Source: Isurus oxyrinchus (lineage: Eukaryota). From it: 64,000 bases of DNA. Position 1 is the stretch's first letter, and every line of letters starts with the position of its first letter. The position numbers and the translations under genes were made by a program. The notes beneath the pieces were generated by a model. That model saw nothing but the letters and a program-made list of their open reading frames with translations, did not search any database and was not told the DNA's origin. This document shows, piece by piece, positions 1 through 12,375 of the stretch. The stretch covers positions 2,914,001 through 2,978,000 of the forward strand of contig JANJGN010000041.1 of assembly GCA_026770705.1 (NCBI GenBank), given 5' to 3'.

Positions 1-169
1 CATTTGTCAAAATGAAAGTTACCAAATGCAGTTTTTAAAATGATTCATTTGTTTTCTAAATTAACCTCAAAGCACCATGTTGTTAATCCTTGTCTCCTCG
101 TACTACCCCTCTCCCTGTTGTCACTTACTGATATATTGCATCATTCATATACCATGTTTCCAAATCCCG

Positions 170-480
170 ATATCTGCTCATCCCCTCCTTATCTCTGAAA
201 TCACCTCCTGCCGAATAATTAATTCAGGTATTAATGGTTCTCGAATTCACGCCTCATTTGCTTTCCTTGGCAGGAATGCATTCTGCTGCTGGAGCCTCGA
301 GCTCCTGTATTCCGACTGTTAGCCTCTCCACCTCTCTCTTCCCGTTTTAGATAATCCCTAAAATAAAATGTTCTCATTTGAACTTGAGGTCGACTATTCT
401 TAATATGTTTCGGGGTGGGTTTTGGTAATTTATCCCACTCTCAGGCTTGTGTGTGGCGCCTTGGGACATTTCTGCACTCA
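170..480 (+). mobile_element. Degenerate L2-type LINE/SINE 3' tail
   Basis: Contains GCCTCTCCACCTCTCTCTTCC and GGCGCCTTGGGACATTT, resembling the L2-derived 3' tail common in fish genomes; recognised from memory, boundaries approximate. Confidence 0.45.
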
Positions 481-509
481 TCTGGAGGGACAAAGATATC
501 ACCTTGCTA

Positions 510-1190
510 ATTGGGCAGTGCAGACGCATCCGTTCATCTCAGTTTGACACGATTGGAGCACTCTGAATATGGCTGGTCCCATATCCCTCACTTCTAACAC
601 AGTCTCAGGACCGTGTGCAGTGTTGGTGTCTGTATCCCTCTGGTAGAGCACCCTTGGAGAACTGTCCGCAGTTCTGGTCTCCATATCACTCGGTTAGACC
701 ACACTTGGAGGGCTGAGCAAAGTTCTGGTCACAATACCCCTCGGATTGTTAACATTTGTAGCGCTGTGCACATTTCTGGTCTCCATATCCCTCGGTTAGA
801 CCGCACTTGGAGTGTTGTGCACAGATCCGGTCTCCATATCCATTCGTTAGCCGAAGCATGGAGCTCTGTGCACAGTTATAGTCTAACATGCGTTGGTTAG
901 ACCACACCTGGAGTATTGTGAACAGTCCTGGTCACCATACCACTCGGTTAGACCCCACTTGGAGCACAGTACACAGTTCCAGTGTCAATATCTCTCAGTT
1001 ACACCATATAAGGAGCATTGTGCACGCTTGTGGCCTCCATTAGCCTCGGTTGGGCTGCATGCAGAGCACTGGAAGCAGCGCTGCTCTCAGTATCTCATGT
1101 TTAGACAGTACCTGGAGCACTGAACACAGCACTGATTTTACTGTCGAGATGTTAGATCACACTAGTTACAGTGTGCACAGCTCTTGGCTC
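510..1190 (+). repeat. Degenerate 51-bp tandem repeat (~13 units), consensus ~CTCGGTTAGACCACACTTGGAGCACTGTGCACAGTTCTGGTCTCCATATCC
   Basis: CTCGG unit starts at 689, 740 and 791 (51-bp period), continuing near 893 and 943; ORF 893-1123 shows the 17-aa period VRPHLEYCEQSWSPYHS/VRPHLEHSTQF. Confidence 0.9.
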
Positions 1191-2458
1191 TACGTGCGGC
1201 TATGCTATCATCAATGTCCATAGATGAGCTCTCAGTATGCATCAGCAATCAAAAGTGTGACACACAATTCCACGGATCAATAAATTCCTTCGCAGGTATG
1301 GTCTTGTGATTTTGGGACAGTGGAAGGGCCTGTAATATGGGAGGATCCAATGAAGAGGAGATTTTGATGCCTTGGGAATGCCGATTCATTTTTAAGTGCT
1401 GTGGGGCTGCATGAGGTATAGAATGTTGAATAAGTCGCTTTGTGAGGCCAACCTGAGGTTTAGGCTGAGACTGACTCTAATATATGTAATTCCAGCTATG
1501 AATCATGTGAAGAAAACTGTCTGTTTCGATCACTGCCTCTTCCCCGTGTCTCCTTTCTCACTCGGATCAGCCTGTCACCATATCGACAGGGAGGGAGGAG
1601 AGGTAAGGAAATGGCAGGGTCGAACTGACATCTTCAAACGCCACTGACAACATGTGTGTAGAAAATGGCAGGGTGTCATTGGCATTTTATAGCTCCTGAA
1701 TAGTCATGCTTTCAGAATCAGAACTACAATCAATGCCAAAGGTTCGCCAACCATATTCTTGGGTTTGTCATGGCCCAATGACAGGAGCGAGGTACGTTGC
1801 ATTTTGGCACAGGGGCATATAAGAGGTCTGAGCTTGTACTTGCAATGCTTGCTCAGCAGTGACTCCAGGCTCTGTCATGTCACAAGGCTTGAGGGCAAAC
1901 AGGGGAATGGGAACTCCCAGCTGCCTCTCTCCTGAAACTGATCAATCTCTACTCCCCCATTTTAAACACTGCATTGCAAAGCAATGAGCGTATCAAAGGT
2001 ACAGAATGTTATCTGCTGGGCGACCTGCATTTGCATCACCCAGAGAGACTCCAAGTCACCGTTACAGACCCATGTGGCCAAGCCCTGTAAGGTAGAATAG
2101 GCCTGAAGCAGGTGAACCATCAAGAGGGAAATTTCTACTGGGCCTCAGCATCACCAAACCACCCGCTGCAGTAACATCTCTCGCTCACGGTGTTGCTATG
2201 AATGACCACCGCAAAGCACTACTGACAACAGCCCTCTTTTTCAAACTGAGGACGCACTCCATTGTGTTTTGTGACAAGCATTGCTTTCAATGGGATAGTT
2301 TCAAAAGAGATCACACAGCACAACTCTCAACATCCATGAGGTGCCGTGGGCCATCAGCAGCAGCAGAATTAAATTCAGACACAATCTGCATGACTATGGC
2401 CCTATATACTCCTCACCCTTCCACGACCATTACCGTTAAACTAAGAGAAAAGGCATGG

Positions 2459-3097
2459 TTCTCGGACAATGGAATGAGAACTTCTGATTTTACTACAACA
2501 ATCTAGCCTTAAATTATGCCCGTTCCTTGCAATTCTATACCGCAGTCTACCCTTCTAGCCATTTGACATTCAGTTTTGGCATCTGTTGTATGACAACGGT
2601 ACACTCTCCAGAGCCCAAGAGCAAAATGTTTCCCAATTACAAACTCAGTCTATGAGTGCAAGAGACGATGGAATGATGAGCAGCAGGCAAAACTGAGGAT
2701 CAAACCCTGTGGACCGTCACCCCCTTGACGCATTGCTCTAGCTGCTCAGGCTAAAGTTACCAATGGCGCTTCATATCAGGTGAGAAATATAAGATCTCAA
2801 TTCCTACACACTTTTGGAATTATCTTTTGTTGACCTATAGTTGGCAACTCTACAAATGGTAAGGTGCTGTAACGTAACTTTAAAGAGAAAAGGCAGCACG
2901 TAATAGAAATGAGGTTATAGTTGGGAAACATTTTGTTCTTGGGATATGGAGAGTCTAGCGTTATCAGTCACCGGAAGCCAACCTGGATGCAGATTGGCTG
3001 GAATGGTGGTTGAGGGCATGAATCGTAAGGGATGGGCAGAGGTTAAGGCTACATTGTTGTAGGAACGACAGAGTCTCTCGCCCTATTGGTCGAGAAT
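2459..3097. repeat. Imperfect inverted repeat, ~195-bp arms around a ~250-bp spacer (MITE/foldback-like)
   Basis: 2459-2654 aligns with the reverse complement of 2903-3097, e.g. CCCAAGAGCAAAATGTTTCCCAATTAC vs TAGTTGGGAAACATTTTGTTCTTGGG and CTACAACAATCTAGCCTTAA vs TTAAGGCTACATTGTTGTAG. Confidence 0.8.
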
Positions 3098-3179
3098 AGT
3101 CAAACTAGGTACTATCTAAGTGTGTTATACAGTAGGGATGCACTCATACGATTGCTTGAGAATCGCAAAAAAATTGCTA

Positions 3180-3458
3180 AGCGAAGGCAACAAATTCTTG
3201 CCTTTCTAGTGAAGATTTCATATAGCCTGACAGAAATTTTAAAAAATCAAACATATAAAAGATCTAGAATAAGCAACATAACGGTAGTGGAGAAAATAAC
3301 GGGACGTTAGTTTGGCAAATCCCGAGGGTCAGATAGTTTCCATGCCAGCAATTGAAGGTAAAAGCTGAGAAATTGCGGATGTCCGGGCTCTACTATCTCG
3401 CAGTTCCATTCATCTCAGAATTAATCCTTCAGGCTGGCTAATTCTGAAAGGCGCTCTC
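3180..3458 (+). mobile_element. CR1 LINE ORF2 fragment running into the assembly gap
   Basis: GGCAAATCCCGAGGGTCAGATAGTTTCCATGCC...GCTGAGAAATTGCGGATG matches the CR1 KSPGPDG.HP..LKE.A.EI motif seen in other CR1 copies in this window. Confidence 0.55.
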
Positions 3459-3696
3459 NNNNNNNNNNNNNNNNNNNNNNNNNNNNNNNNNNNNNNNNNN
3501 NNNNNNNNNNNNNNNNNNNNNNNNNNNNNNNNNNNNNNNNNNNNNNNNNNNNNNNNNNNNNNNNNNNNNNNNNNNNNNNNNNNNNNNNNNNNNNNNNNNN
3601 NNNNNNNNNNNNNNNNNNNNNNNNNNNNNNNNNNNNNNNNNNNNNNNNNNNNNNNNNNNNNNNNNNNNNNNNNNNNNNNNNNNNNNNNNNNNNNNN
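3459..3696. other. Assembly gap (238 N)
   Basis: Run of N. Confidence 1.
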
Positions 3697-4084
3697 ACAA
3701 GTTACCCTAATGTGAGCTGATAACTCTGAGATAACCTCTGTGTGTAACCCAGCTGTCTCTCCACCAGCTCCAGCAGTCAAAGCACCGAGACCAGTGCTTT
3801 CCACATCATCCCCTGAGTTCGCCAGAGTCACAGTGAGATGATTGGTATACGGAGGCTCTTTATATGAACAGATACAGAATTCTGTCGTTAATAATTGCAG
3901 ACACATGTTGAGGGTTGTCTCAACCTTGTGCATATCAAAGGAACACATCACTAACTGAGATCGACAGTAATTGGAATCCACGTCTAAATATGCCACCCAA
4001 ACCGAATTTTATTAATCAGCAGAGACACTGATAAGTGTAATGATTGACCAGGTGAAGAATTAAAGGAATTCTTCATTGTGAAAA

Positions 4085-4380
4085 ATTTAGAATCGTTGAG
4101 CTGTGATGAAGGCCATTTGGCCCATCGTGTCTCTACTGTTTATTGAAAGGTTTACCTAATCATGCCTCCCCCATAGCTTCTCTTCCCCCATCGCCCTGTC
4201 ATTACCTCCCCTGTCAATTATTCATATAATTTCCCTTTTCAAAGGTGCGATTGAATCTGCTTCTGTTACCTTTTCAGGCAGCACATTCCAGATCACAACA
4301 TCTCGCTGCATCATAAAGACATTCTCTTTATCTTTCCACCACTTTCTTTGTGAATTATCATCAATATATTTCTACTGATT
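4085..4380 (-). mobile_element. CR1 LINE 3' end fragment
   Basis: GAAGGCCATTTGGCCCATCG and GGCAGCACATTCCAGATCACAAC are the reverse complement of the CR1 3' UTR seen at 60950-61220. Confidence 0.65.
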
Positions 4381-5667
4381 TCACAATCCCACGCGCTCGA
4401 ATGTATCCCACTGCCACTACTGGAAGAGGACTTGGGGAATTAGACCTGATGCCATGGGACCAATATTTATCCAGCGATTAGTATCAATGGTACAGATTCT
4501 CTAGCCATTATGTCACTGGTGTTTGAAGAGCTTGCTGCGGGCACTTTGAGTTCCATGTGTCCAGCCTGACAGAAGAGATCACAGTTCAACACTAATTCGC
4601 CGCCGTGTACTGACCTCTGGTGAATTATGCGGTTAAGCTGCTTCTCCAGAATTCCTGGCCTGTCTTTGACCTAATGCATCGAGGCGTCATGGAATTCGAA
4701 CTCAAAGTTGGAGGCATCCAGAGAGAGTACCTGCCGACCTCTGAGGGCCTGTCCCGCCAGGGGGTACAGGCCGTTCCCTGGGTTGGTGATGGCCCTGGCC
4801 TTTGGGACAATGGATGTGAGTTCTGATTCTGCGAGTGTGTGACTGCATTGGCGGGGGAAGATGCAAATGTGCCCTAGGCATTCCCTGACCTCCCCTCCCC
4901 AGCACAGTCAATACGTTGACACAGCGGCACTGAAGTGCCCCCAAGGGGCGCTGATGTAGGTATTTGATTCAATAGCAGTGGGGCAGGGTTCATTGGTCTA
5001 CACATGCATCAGTGAACCGAACACACTGGACCTTCCTCATCCCACTGCAAATCCCCATTCCAGCACAGAGCCGTGAACAAGCCATGCAACACACTGCCCT
5101 CCAGACTCCTGCCCTCGACTACATTGTCTGCTCCCTTGACTGCACTTCCCCAAAAACCAAGCATTCCTATAACCTCCCAACGATTGAATAGCTCTCGCTG
5201 CCATGGGGACATGGTCACTTTCCCCCTGCACACTACAGCCGCTGCTTCGAACCCTACAGGCTGCCAGAGCCTGTAGCACAATCAGGAAGCCTGAGGCTCC
5301 TCCATTTTTTCCTCCTGTGTTCCCCATGCCTGCCTCACTCGCAGGCATCCCCTCTTGTCCCTAGCCACTGATCGAATCAGAAGACCATGTCCTGAATAAT
5401 GTGACTGCCCTCTAGTACAAATGCCCAGGCAAATGCCCCACTCCCAGAGGCATCAGTGTGTCAGCGGATGGGCCTCCATCTGACACTCACTGTAACCCTC
5501 CCTCTTTGTCTTCCAAGTTATTTCTCCATTTTTCTCTCTCACACATTCTCTCTCCCCCAAGCACGTGTTTCGCCAACTCTTTCCTTATTGCCTCCCTTTT
5601 CTGAATCTCTTGCTCAGTTCCTCCCTCTCGCATCTCCATATCTTGAATACTATCTCTTGATGATATT

Positions 5668-5830
5668 TTCACTGATTCACGGGACGTGGGCTTCGCTGGC
5701 TGGGTCCAGAATTTACTGCTCATCAGTAATTTCTCCCATGAGAAGGTGGTGGGGGAGTCATGTTCCTGAACTGCTGCAGTCCATGTGGTGTCCATACACC
5801 CACCGTGCTGTAAGGAATGGAATTAAAGCT
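5668..5830 (-). mobile_element. 3' end of second LINE family (family B, CR1/L2 superclade)
   Basis: GACGTGGGCTTCGCTGGCTGGGTCCAG...GAGAAGGTGGTG...GAACTGCTGCAGTCCATGTGGTG is the reverse complement of the tail type at 27650-27770 and 21890-22020. Confidence 0.6.
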
Positions 5831-7499
5831 TCACGATCTGTCCTGCTGTTTGGCTATTTTTGTCACCTTTGCTCCTCCTTCTCCAGCTCCACCTTCCGCT
5901 CATGCTATCTCTGTGTCTCACTCTCCATCTCCCTTTCTCTCTTTCACTCCGCCTTCCACATCTGCATTGATGGTTAAATATTTCCAATTTCAGTCCCCTG
6001 CTGGTTGGTTAATAATTTAGCCCTGAAGCGGAACTGTGCTTTCCGCAGTCACCATCTTGTCTGACTCCAGATAGGAATGAGCTGTCCCTGGATATGATCC
6101 TGAAGTTGACTGCCTTCGTTTGGGGACACTATGCAATCCCTCAATGAATGAGTGTCCAAATATCATCATATTAATTGATCTAAAGCGGTGAAATAATGTG
6201 AAGAGATGTTTTATCAGTAGTGTATATGTCTATATATATTTTTAGCGTGCTAAAAATTGACCCAATGGTCATGTGGTTCCACTAGATGCGTGTTGAATTT
6301 CGACTCCTCGCAGGCCCATCCCGTTCTGAATATATCCCACTGGGCTGCAAAATCTGGTGAGCCGGCCCTGCAGCTGGAGATGATTATTCCCAGGGACATT
6401 GATGGGGAAGTCTGAGCCATTGGCTTTAGGTTATCATTCGATGAGTTTGGCTATGTCAGGCCATTGATCGTGCAGTCTCTGGGGCAATGCTCCAAATGTT
6501 GTCATTCCCTTGAACACTCAAGTGCTGATCAGACACAATGTTTCGTGACAGCATTTGTGCCCTCCACGAACCCACTTCCACTGAATGGGGGCAGTGGACA
6601 CGCTGGCACAAATCGGCACCAAGTTAAATGGCAGCCCTGCTCAGGGGCCCAAACTCACGGACTGGGCACTGGAGGTTCTGAATGATGCGCCGCAGAGGTG
6701 GAGCAATGCACTGCAGAGGTGCATCTGACTGACCCAAGCTCAGCTTCCTGCCCCTCTCCTCCTCCAACCGCTGACATTGTCCTCCCTGGTCTAACACTCT
6801 AATCCCATTCCCCGTCATGACCAGGTGGATCTCTAGCACAATGACAGTCAACAAGAACTCTCATCGTCCCGGTGAATCCAGGAAAGGGTCCAACATATTC
6901 AAGGAGCCTTGCACTGATCTTGTTCAGTTGATGCCTGCTGGTGTACTGGATAGTGAAACTGTGCCTGAAGCGGTGTCTCACACTCAACCTGCTCAAAGCT
7001 GGGTGCACTGCACAACATACAGCTGGCCACACTTGTCGATAGTCAGCTCCTGAATTATTCTTCATGTGTTACCATCTGCAACAGCCTACAACTCATGGAT
7101 GCAACCGCACACTGACTGGTGCACACCAGTCCATGTCCTGTGTCCATAAACCTGCCTTTGCCCCATTCCCCTCAAAACATCTGACGGTAAAACATCCCTC
7201 CATCTCATCTTTAAAGTTAATATCATCCTTTCACTAATTGCCATTTGTGGAAGAGAGATGAAACTCTCTGTTACCCTTTGTGTGACGATATGTCCCTTTG
7301 CGAGAATAACAAAGCAGCGGGAATATCTTCTACATATCCAACTTCGCTCGAATCTAATCGATTATTTAGGATTCTTGATCAAGGGCACAGTGATTCTGGC
7401 TTCGGTACAACAATCTAACGTTAGCTTGTACCCGATATTATTATTCTGCTCCAAGTGCAGAGTGCTCCAGACTGTGCTGCCACAAATTCCCCAGAGGTA

Positions 7500-8720
7500 G
7501 GTATGGTAAGGCAGCCCTTTACTGAAACATTTACCCGATGACCACCACATATCTGCTGCATTTTTGCACGACTTTGACTGGGGGCCAACACAGCTTTGCC
7601 CCGGTCCTCAATCCTCCATCCCCACAGGGCTTTTCACCTGAAGCAGGACTGTGAACACCATATTTTAGTAGCAGCATTCCGGTGACTAGGGTGTATGCTT
7701 CATATGGTGCATGCACAACACGTTGCTTTTAAAACGGTGGCCTCAGGACCCCATTTACTGGGATCCAGCTTGCAATCTCTGAGTTTGGCTTTGAGATTTC
7801 TGACATTCTGTGGCGGTGCTTCCCTTGCTGACTGAGTGTGGGTTTTGGTACGTAGGCATTATCTAGTTAAACCACAAGACCTACCCAGGGGACAGGGGCT
7901 CGATTGAACATATTTACAATGTCAGGAATGCTGCACTTTACAAGATTATCGGTTTTCCGAATTTTGTCTTGCCAACAGCCTTTGGAAATGGTTCACGGGC
8001 AGTGAAGTTGGAAAGTTTTCATTAGCTTTCTATGAGGCCGAATGGTTATGCAAGTCTCGCACTGATATGGAAGTGATATAAACAACAAGGCCTGGCAGGC
8101 CTTGATCTTCCATCTGAGGGAAAACCCATGTTTTCTTTGCCGAAATCAGTGAGTGAAGCCTGCCAACCACCGAGCTTGTTTTTGCCAGGTGCTGGTAATT
8201 TGCCCATCCAGGTTGTGACCTTGGAGTGCATGCTGACAAGTTAGCAAATCTTCCGTACCGAAAAGAGGGGTGCATTGTTCAAAGTGGCTGTGGTGTCTTG
8301 GAGCACGATACCAGCAGCGGTTTGATACAGCATTTGTATCCTCAAATATATTGTTAATCGTAAACAATTTAATTTTGCAGCAAGGCGCTCAGCATGCACC
8401 TGAATGTCTCCGGATCCTGAGCTATGAGTGTACATTAGTCCACAAATAAGACTTCCCTCTGTAGCTTTCCAATAACCTCTGTGCAAGGATTTACTTTTGG
8501 CCTTTGAAAAGGCTGCCTATGGTCCTGAAATGCTTGTGTAATCCTGTTTCAAGCTGCTTGAGCGCATGCTTGGAAAATGACCGACACATATATGACAAAA
8601 TGTACTGGAGCCATTAAGCAGCCTTATTTGGCGCCACAGAGTAAACAAGAAATAGTTTCACACAGACAAACCATTTTGCATCGCTCTGATCATGACGCCA
8701 TCACCAAAGTGTGAATGACA
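7500..8720 (-). mobile_element. Highly degenerate RTE-clade LINE (RT C-terminal half)
   Basis: Minus-strand peptides DIQVHAERLAAKLNCLRLTI and LDGQITSTWQKQA resemble the RTE motifs DLQ.L.DRFA.AC..FGLTI and LD.EI..RI.KA; near 7850-7890 a LRWAGHV.RM...R.PK-like remnant. Confidence 0.5.
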
Positions 8721-8744
8721 CTGATCATCTGTTCAGGGCTGTCG

Positions 8745-8975
8745 CATATTTATGGATGAGTTGGATAGTTTATTGACCAATAAGGGAGACTAGGGACATG
8801 AGGATATAATTGTGTGTTGTGAGAGAGATGGCGGAGGGGGCCGGTTTACGGCGCTGGTTGGGGTAACAAAGGCAGAATAGTGGTGCTGAGGCTCTGATCA
8901 GATAAGCCATGAGCCTTCCGATTTGCAGAACAGGCTCAAGGTGCCGAATGACCTACTGAACTTAACTATTCTGTT
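8745..8975 (+). mobile_element. CR1 LINE 3' UTR fragment
   Basis: TTGGATAGTTTATTGACCAATAAGGG...AGCCATGA...AGGCTCAAGGTGCCGAATGACCTACT matches the CR1 tail at 61060-61200. Confidence 0.65.
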
Positions 8976-10149
8976 TTTGGTGCTTGTTTGAAATGCAACC
9001 CACACCAAAGTCGGAGGGGCCATCGAACGGATTCATCATACAGTGCATCCATCTGCTAATGATTGTCTGCAGAAGGGATTTGAGGGCCAAGAGATAAATG
9101 TTAAGCATGGAACACCCTCACAGCGATGTACTCCATTTATCCCATTATTTTATTCAAAAAAAGAAGTTTTTCATTCAGTTAAAGCATCACTCTGGATGGA
9201 GTATGTGAATGGGTGAGCAGGAGGATTGCATCGCGTGGGGAATCATTACTGAGCGTGTATGGGGTTGGATTGTCTTGAACGCATTATCTTGAAATATTTC
9301 AGTTGAGAAAACATAAGCCTTCTCCATACACTTTCTATTACGCATAAGGTCACGAGCAACTCCAACCTTCTGGGTCCTCCATTTGCATTTATAATTTCAA
9401 GGCTGAATGGTGCAAATGTAGGTGCAACAACACAGAATGTAGGTCATGTCACTGACGGAAATGTAATTTCCAGAGGAATCCACGGAATTATCTGGGCAGC
9501 GTATTAGTCCCCTCTGGAAGATTAAATGACAAAGTCATATATCAGACATGTGCTCTGTTGGAACATAGAATGTGTCCCGAAACACAAAACAGTGATGAAC
9601 GTCTGAAATTTCCCCACTTCTTTTTCTGACGGTTCAGGCCGATTGAGTTTCCTCGAATCTTTTTGATCTAAATCAGTAACATTTGATACCCAATATCGCT
9701 CTGCATGTTAATCATTTCCAGCCGCACCTATCCACTATGGGACCTACCCGTGCCCTTTAAAATATAGCCCCTTCCATTGTACAGACCGCAAACTTCATTC
9801 TAATGTTGGCCATTTCACTTCGAAATGGTGTCTTTCAGAAGGAGAATGACTGACGTAAACTGTTTGTTCAATGACTGAAACTAATTGATTTCTTTTGGGG
9901 ACATGAATGCGCTCATAGGGATTTATCTGCTGCCTATATAACAGTTTCTCTGAATGTCACATTTCATGTTTTCCAAAAGGCTCGGTGTGTCTGTTTCTAC
10001 AGGAGTTAGCGCTTCTTCCCAAGGATATAATTTGCTCTACTTCATCAGGTATGGGCCATTTACAAACCCATTCTTGAAGTTCTCATTTTCCAATGAACGT
10101 TTATTAACATGCTCTCGGACTAACAATGTAAATTTCTGTCCTTCTTTAG

Positions 10150-10410
10150 TTTCATGAATGAGGGTAACGCTTGCAAGGCCTGTATTGCCCATCTCTAATT
10201 CTACTTGTGAAGTGGGTGTTGAGCTGCTGCGATCTTTGTGGTTTAGTTACATCCACGTTCTTATTTGGGGGGGATCCATTAACTTGACATGGAGACAGTA
10301 AAGGAATGGCAATAGTTTTCCAAACCAGGACATTGAGTGGCTTGGAGAGGGACGATCAGCGAGCGGCGTTCCCATGTTCATGTTGCCTTTGCCTTTCTAG
10401 ATCATTGCAG
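10150..10410 (-). mobile_element. LINE family B 3' end fragment
   Basis: TATTGCCCATCTCTAATT...GTTCCCATG..TTGCCTTTGCCTTTCTAG is the reverse complement of the family B tail. Confidence 0.55.
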
Positions 10411-10682
10411 CTGTGTGTATGATTAGTTAAATAAAGGGCTTCATGTTCGCCAAATGTAACAGCTTTTCTCTGTTCACTGCTACGATTGCTGCCGTGCCTG
10501 TTTTACCCTGTTACTCCAGATTAATTAACGTGGCATCTCCTCCCGAATCTCCTGTGATTTTAACGTGATTCTCTTATTTTCCTGAACTGAATTTAAAGAA
10601 GAAGAGGGTTTCTACGTTTCAACTCAGACATTCATACCATATTCTGCATCGATCTCTGCAGGAAAGACATCTCCTCATAAAG

Positions 10683-10752
10683 ATGGGAGAACTGATACTG
10701 CACCAGATAGAAGCCATTTACTATCCTATTCTCGCGGCCATTGGTGTTCCTG
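10683..10752 (+). CDS. GPCR coding exon 1 (MGELILHQIEAIYYPILAAIGVP + 1 nt), GPR139/GPR142-like receptor
   Basis: AAG-ATG-G start context; 23 codons plus G followed by a GTAAG donor at 10753; phase 1 matches the acceptor at 18656 to give ...IGVPVNVVAIVILSRGKCGLSK, a complete TM1. Confidence 0.88.
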
Positions 10753-11409
10753 GTAAGAGCATAAATACTACCATTACCGGTATAGATGCATGTTGCTGTT
10801 TTTTTCTAACGCTGGTTCCAATAACATGACGTCGTTTCTTTACTGCTGGGGAGTCATCAAAGCATTGATATATGTTTAACCATAACGATAACAGATTTCT
10901 TCCTGCTGCTTTACTTTATACTCGGTGGTATCCACTGCTGATAACCTATTATTGCTTTATGGAATGTTATGTCACAGGGTGGGCTCTGCAATAATTATCA
11001 TCATCAAGCACAAACCGAATTTCAACTTTTAGAAAATACAATCTCTGAAAATCTGTGCAGGAGAAAATTTGTATTCTGCAAAATTCTGCTTGAAATACTT
11101 GAAACTTTTGTTCATGATTTTCATCAATTTTCCAATATTTAGTGGAGCAGAATCCCTGAAGAAAATATATGCTTATTACCACAGCGATCCTTTTGCAAAT
11201 CTGTATGCAGAAAGGATATCGGGAAGTCTGGCTGAAACACATTACCGTGTGTGCTGAATACAATCCGATTGTCTATTGAAATACATTCATTTCTGCAGCC
11301 TCATTTATTGACCACCTCAATAAATTTACATGAATTGTAGTCACTTAAGTAGTGAAAAAGATGACAGGCAATTTTTGTTCCGGAAGCTTCCAGAAGCAGC
11401 AAGTTGATA

Positions 11410-11690
11410 ATGACCAGATGATCCTTTTTTGTGCTTTAGCAGAGGTTTAAATAGTGGTCATGACGCAAGGGGCTATGACAATGTTGTTCAGCGAAATAGT
11501 GGCATGGAATCTTTGACGTTTACCCTGTGAATCGAATTGACATCTGTTCTGAAAGTTATTACATCCAATAATGCAGAACTACTTCACTACGGCAATGGAT
11601 AATTAGCCAAGAATTTTGATCTCAAGAACTTACGCCGGACTTAAGTAATCAAACATCTATCTCAGCACGTGGTTTGCTAACTGAGACATA
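11410..11690 (-). mobile_element. Degenerate tRNA-derived SINE (Deu-domain/SacSINE-like)
   Basis: ATGACCAGATGATC...GAAATAGTGGCATGGAATCTTTGACGT...GCAGAACTACTTCACTAC; similar in reverse to the SINE at 54830-55400. Confidence 0.45.
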
Positions 11691-11919
11691 AGTGGTCCGA
11701 TTTCGGAAGACCTACGCTCCCCGAGTAGAGATCTGGTTCTCATTATTCTGGTCATTTCAATTTATAGCCCTGCACTTCCTGCTGTTGAAAACGCTGCTTC
11801 AATATCTAACTGAATTACACTGAGAATTGGAGTGGAGTGATAGTAAGAATTGTCGGACTGCCCTGTGGCTTTGGGAAACTCACATTGTCACGATACATGG
11901 TGGCCCTGACAGAGGGCCA

Positions 11920-12375
11920 GAGGAGCATAGGAAATACGAGTAGAAGTCAACAATTTGGCAGCACGAGGGTGCTCCACTGCTCAAGTATATCATGGCTGAA
12001 ATTATGCCTCCACGATATTCCATGCACTCTTTCATACCTTTGTGTGCATTAAATATTTAGAATTCGGTTCATCAGCACTTTCAAAATATTCAATGACTGC
12101 CCGTCAGCCGAGGTTGCCGTATATAAGTTCGAACATTTAACCTTACCTGAGTGATGAAATTCTTCCTCATCTCAGTTCCAAATTGCAGACCTCTTATTCT
12201 GATATTGCTTTTCCTGGTTTTAGACACACCCGCTAGATGAAACATCCATTAAAGATCTACACCGCTGAAACTTATAAGAATGGTGAATGCTTCAGAGAGA
12301 TCACTTCTGATTGGTAAAAGCTCCAGAAAGCAGAAGATGAGTCTCGTCAATGTCTCCACACAGGATAACACCAGT
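11920..12375 (-). mobile_element. CR1 LINE 3' fragment
   Basis: CATAGGAAATACGAGTAGAAG...CTGAGTGATGAAATTCTTCCTCATCTCAGT...AGATCACTTCTGATT, same family as 52895-53350. Confidence 0.65.

Noticed and set aside
510-1190. CRISPR-like appearance of conserved and variable alternation
   Set aside because: The variable parts are homologous to each other rather than unique spacers, there are no cas genes, and the context is vertebrate.
3410-3996. ORFs of 96 and 191 aa
   Set aside because: Their length comes from reading through the N gap; no recognisable domain.
4420-5450. GC-richer block with several overlapping short ORFs, possibly a Harbinger-type or CR1 5' remnant
   Set aside because: No diagnostic motif I could confirm by eye; left unannotated.
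5456-5977. 173-aa hydrophobic ORF
   Set aside because: Built from CT-rich low-complexity sequence plus an antisense LINE tail.
9590-10520. Two faint Penelope-tail-like remnants upstream of the GPCR (~9590-9670, ~10430-10520)
   Set aside because: Too degenerate; no intact hammerhead boxes or stem.
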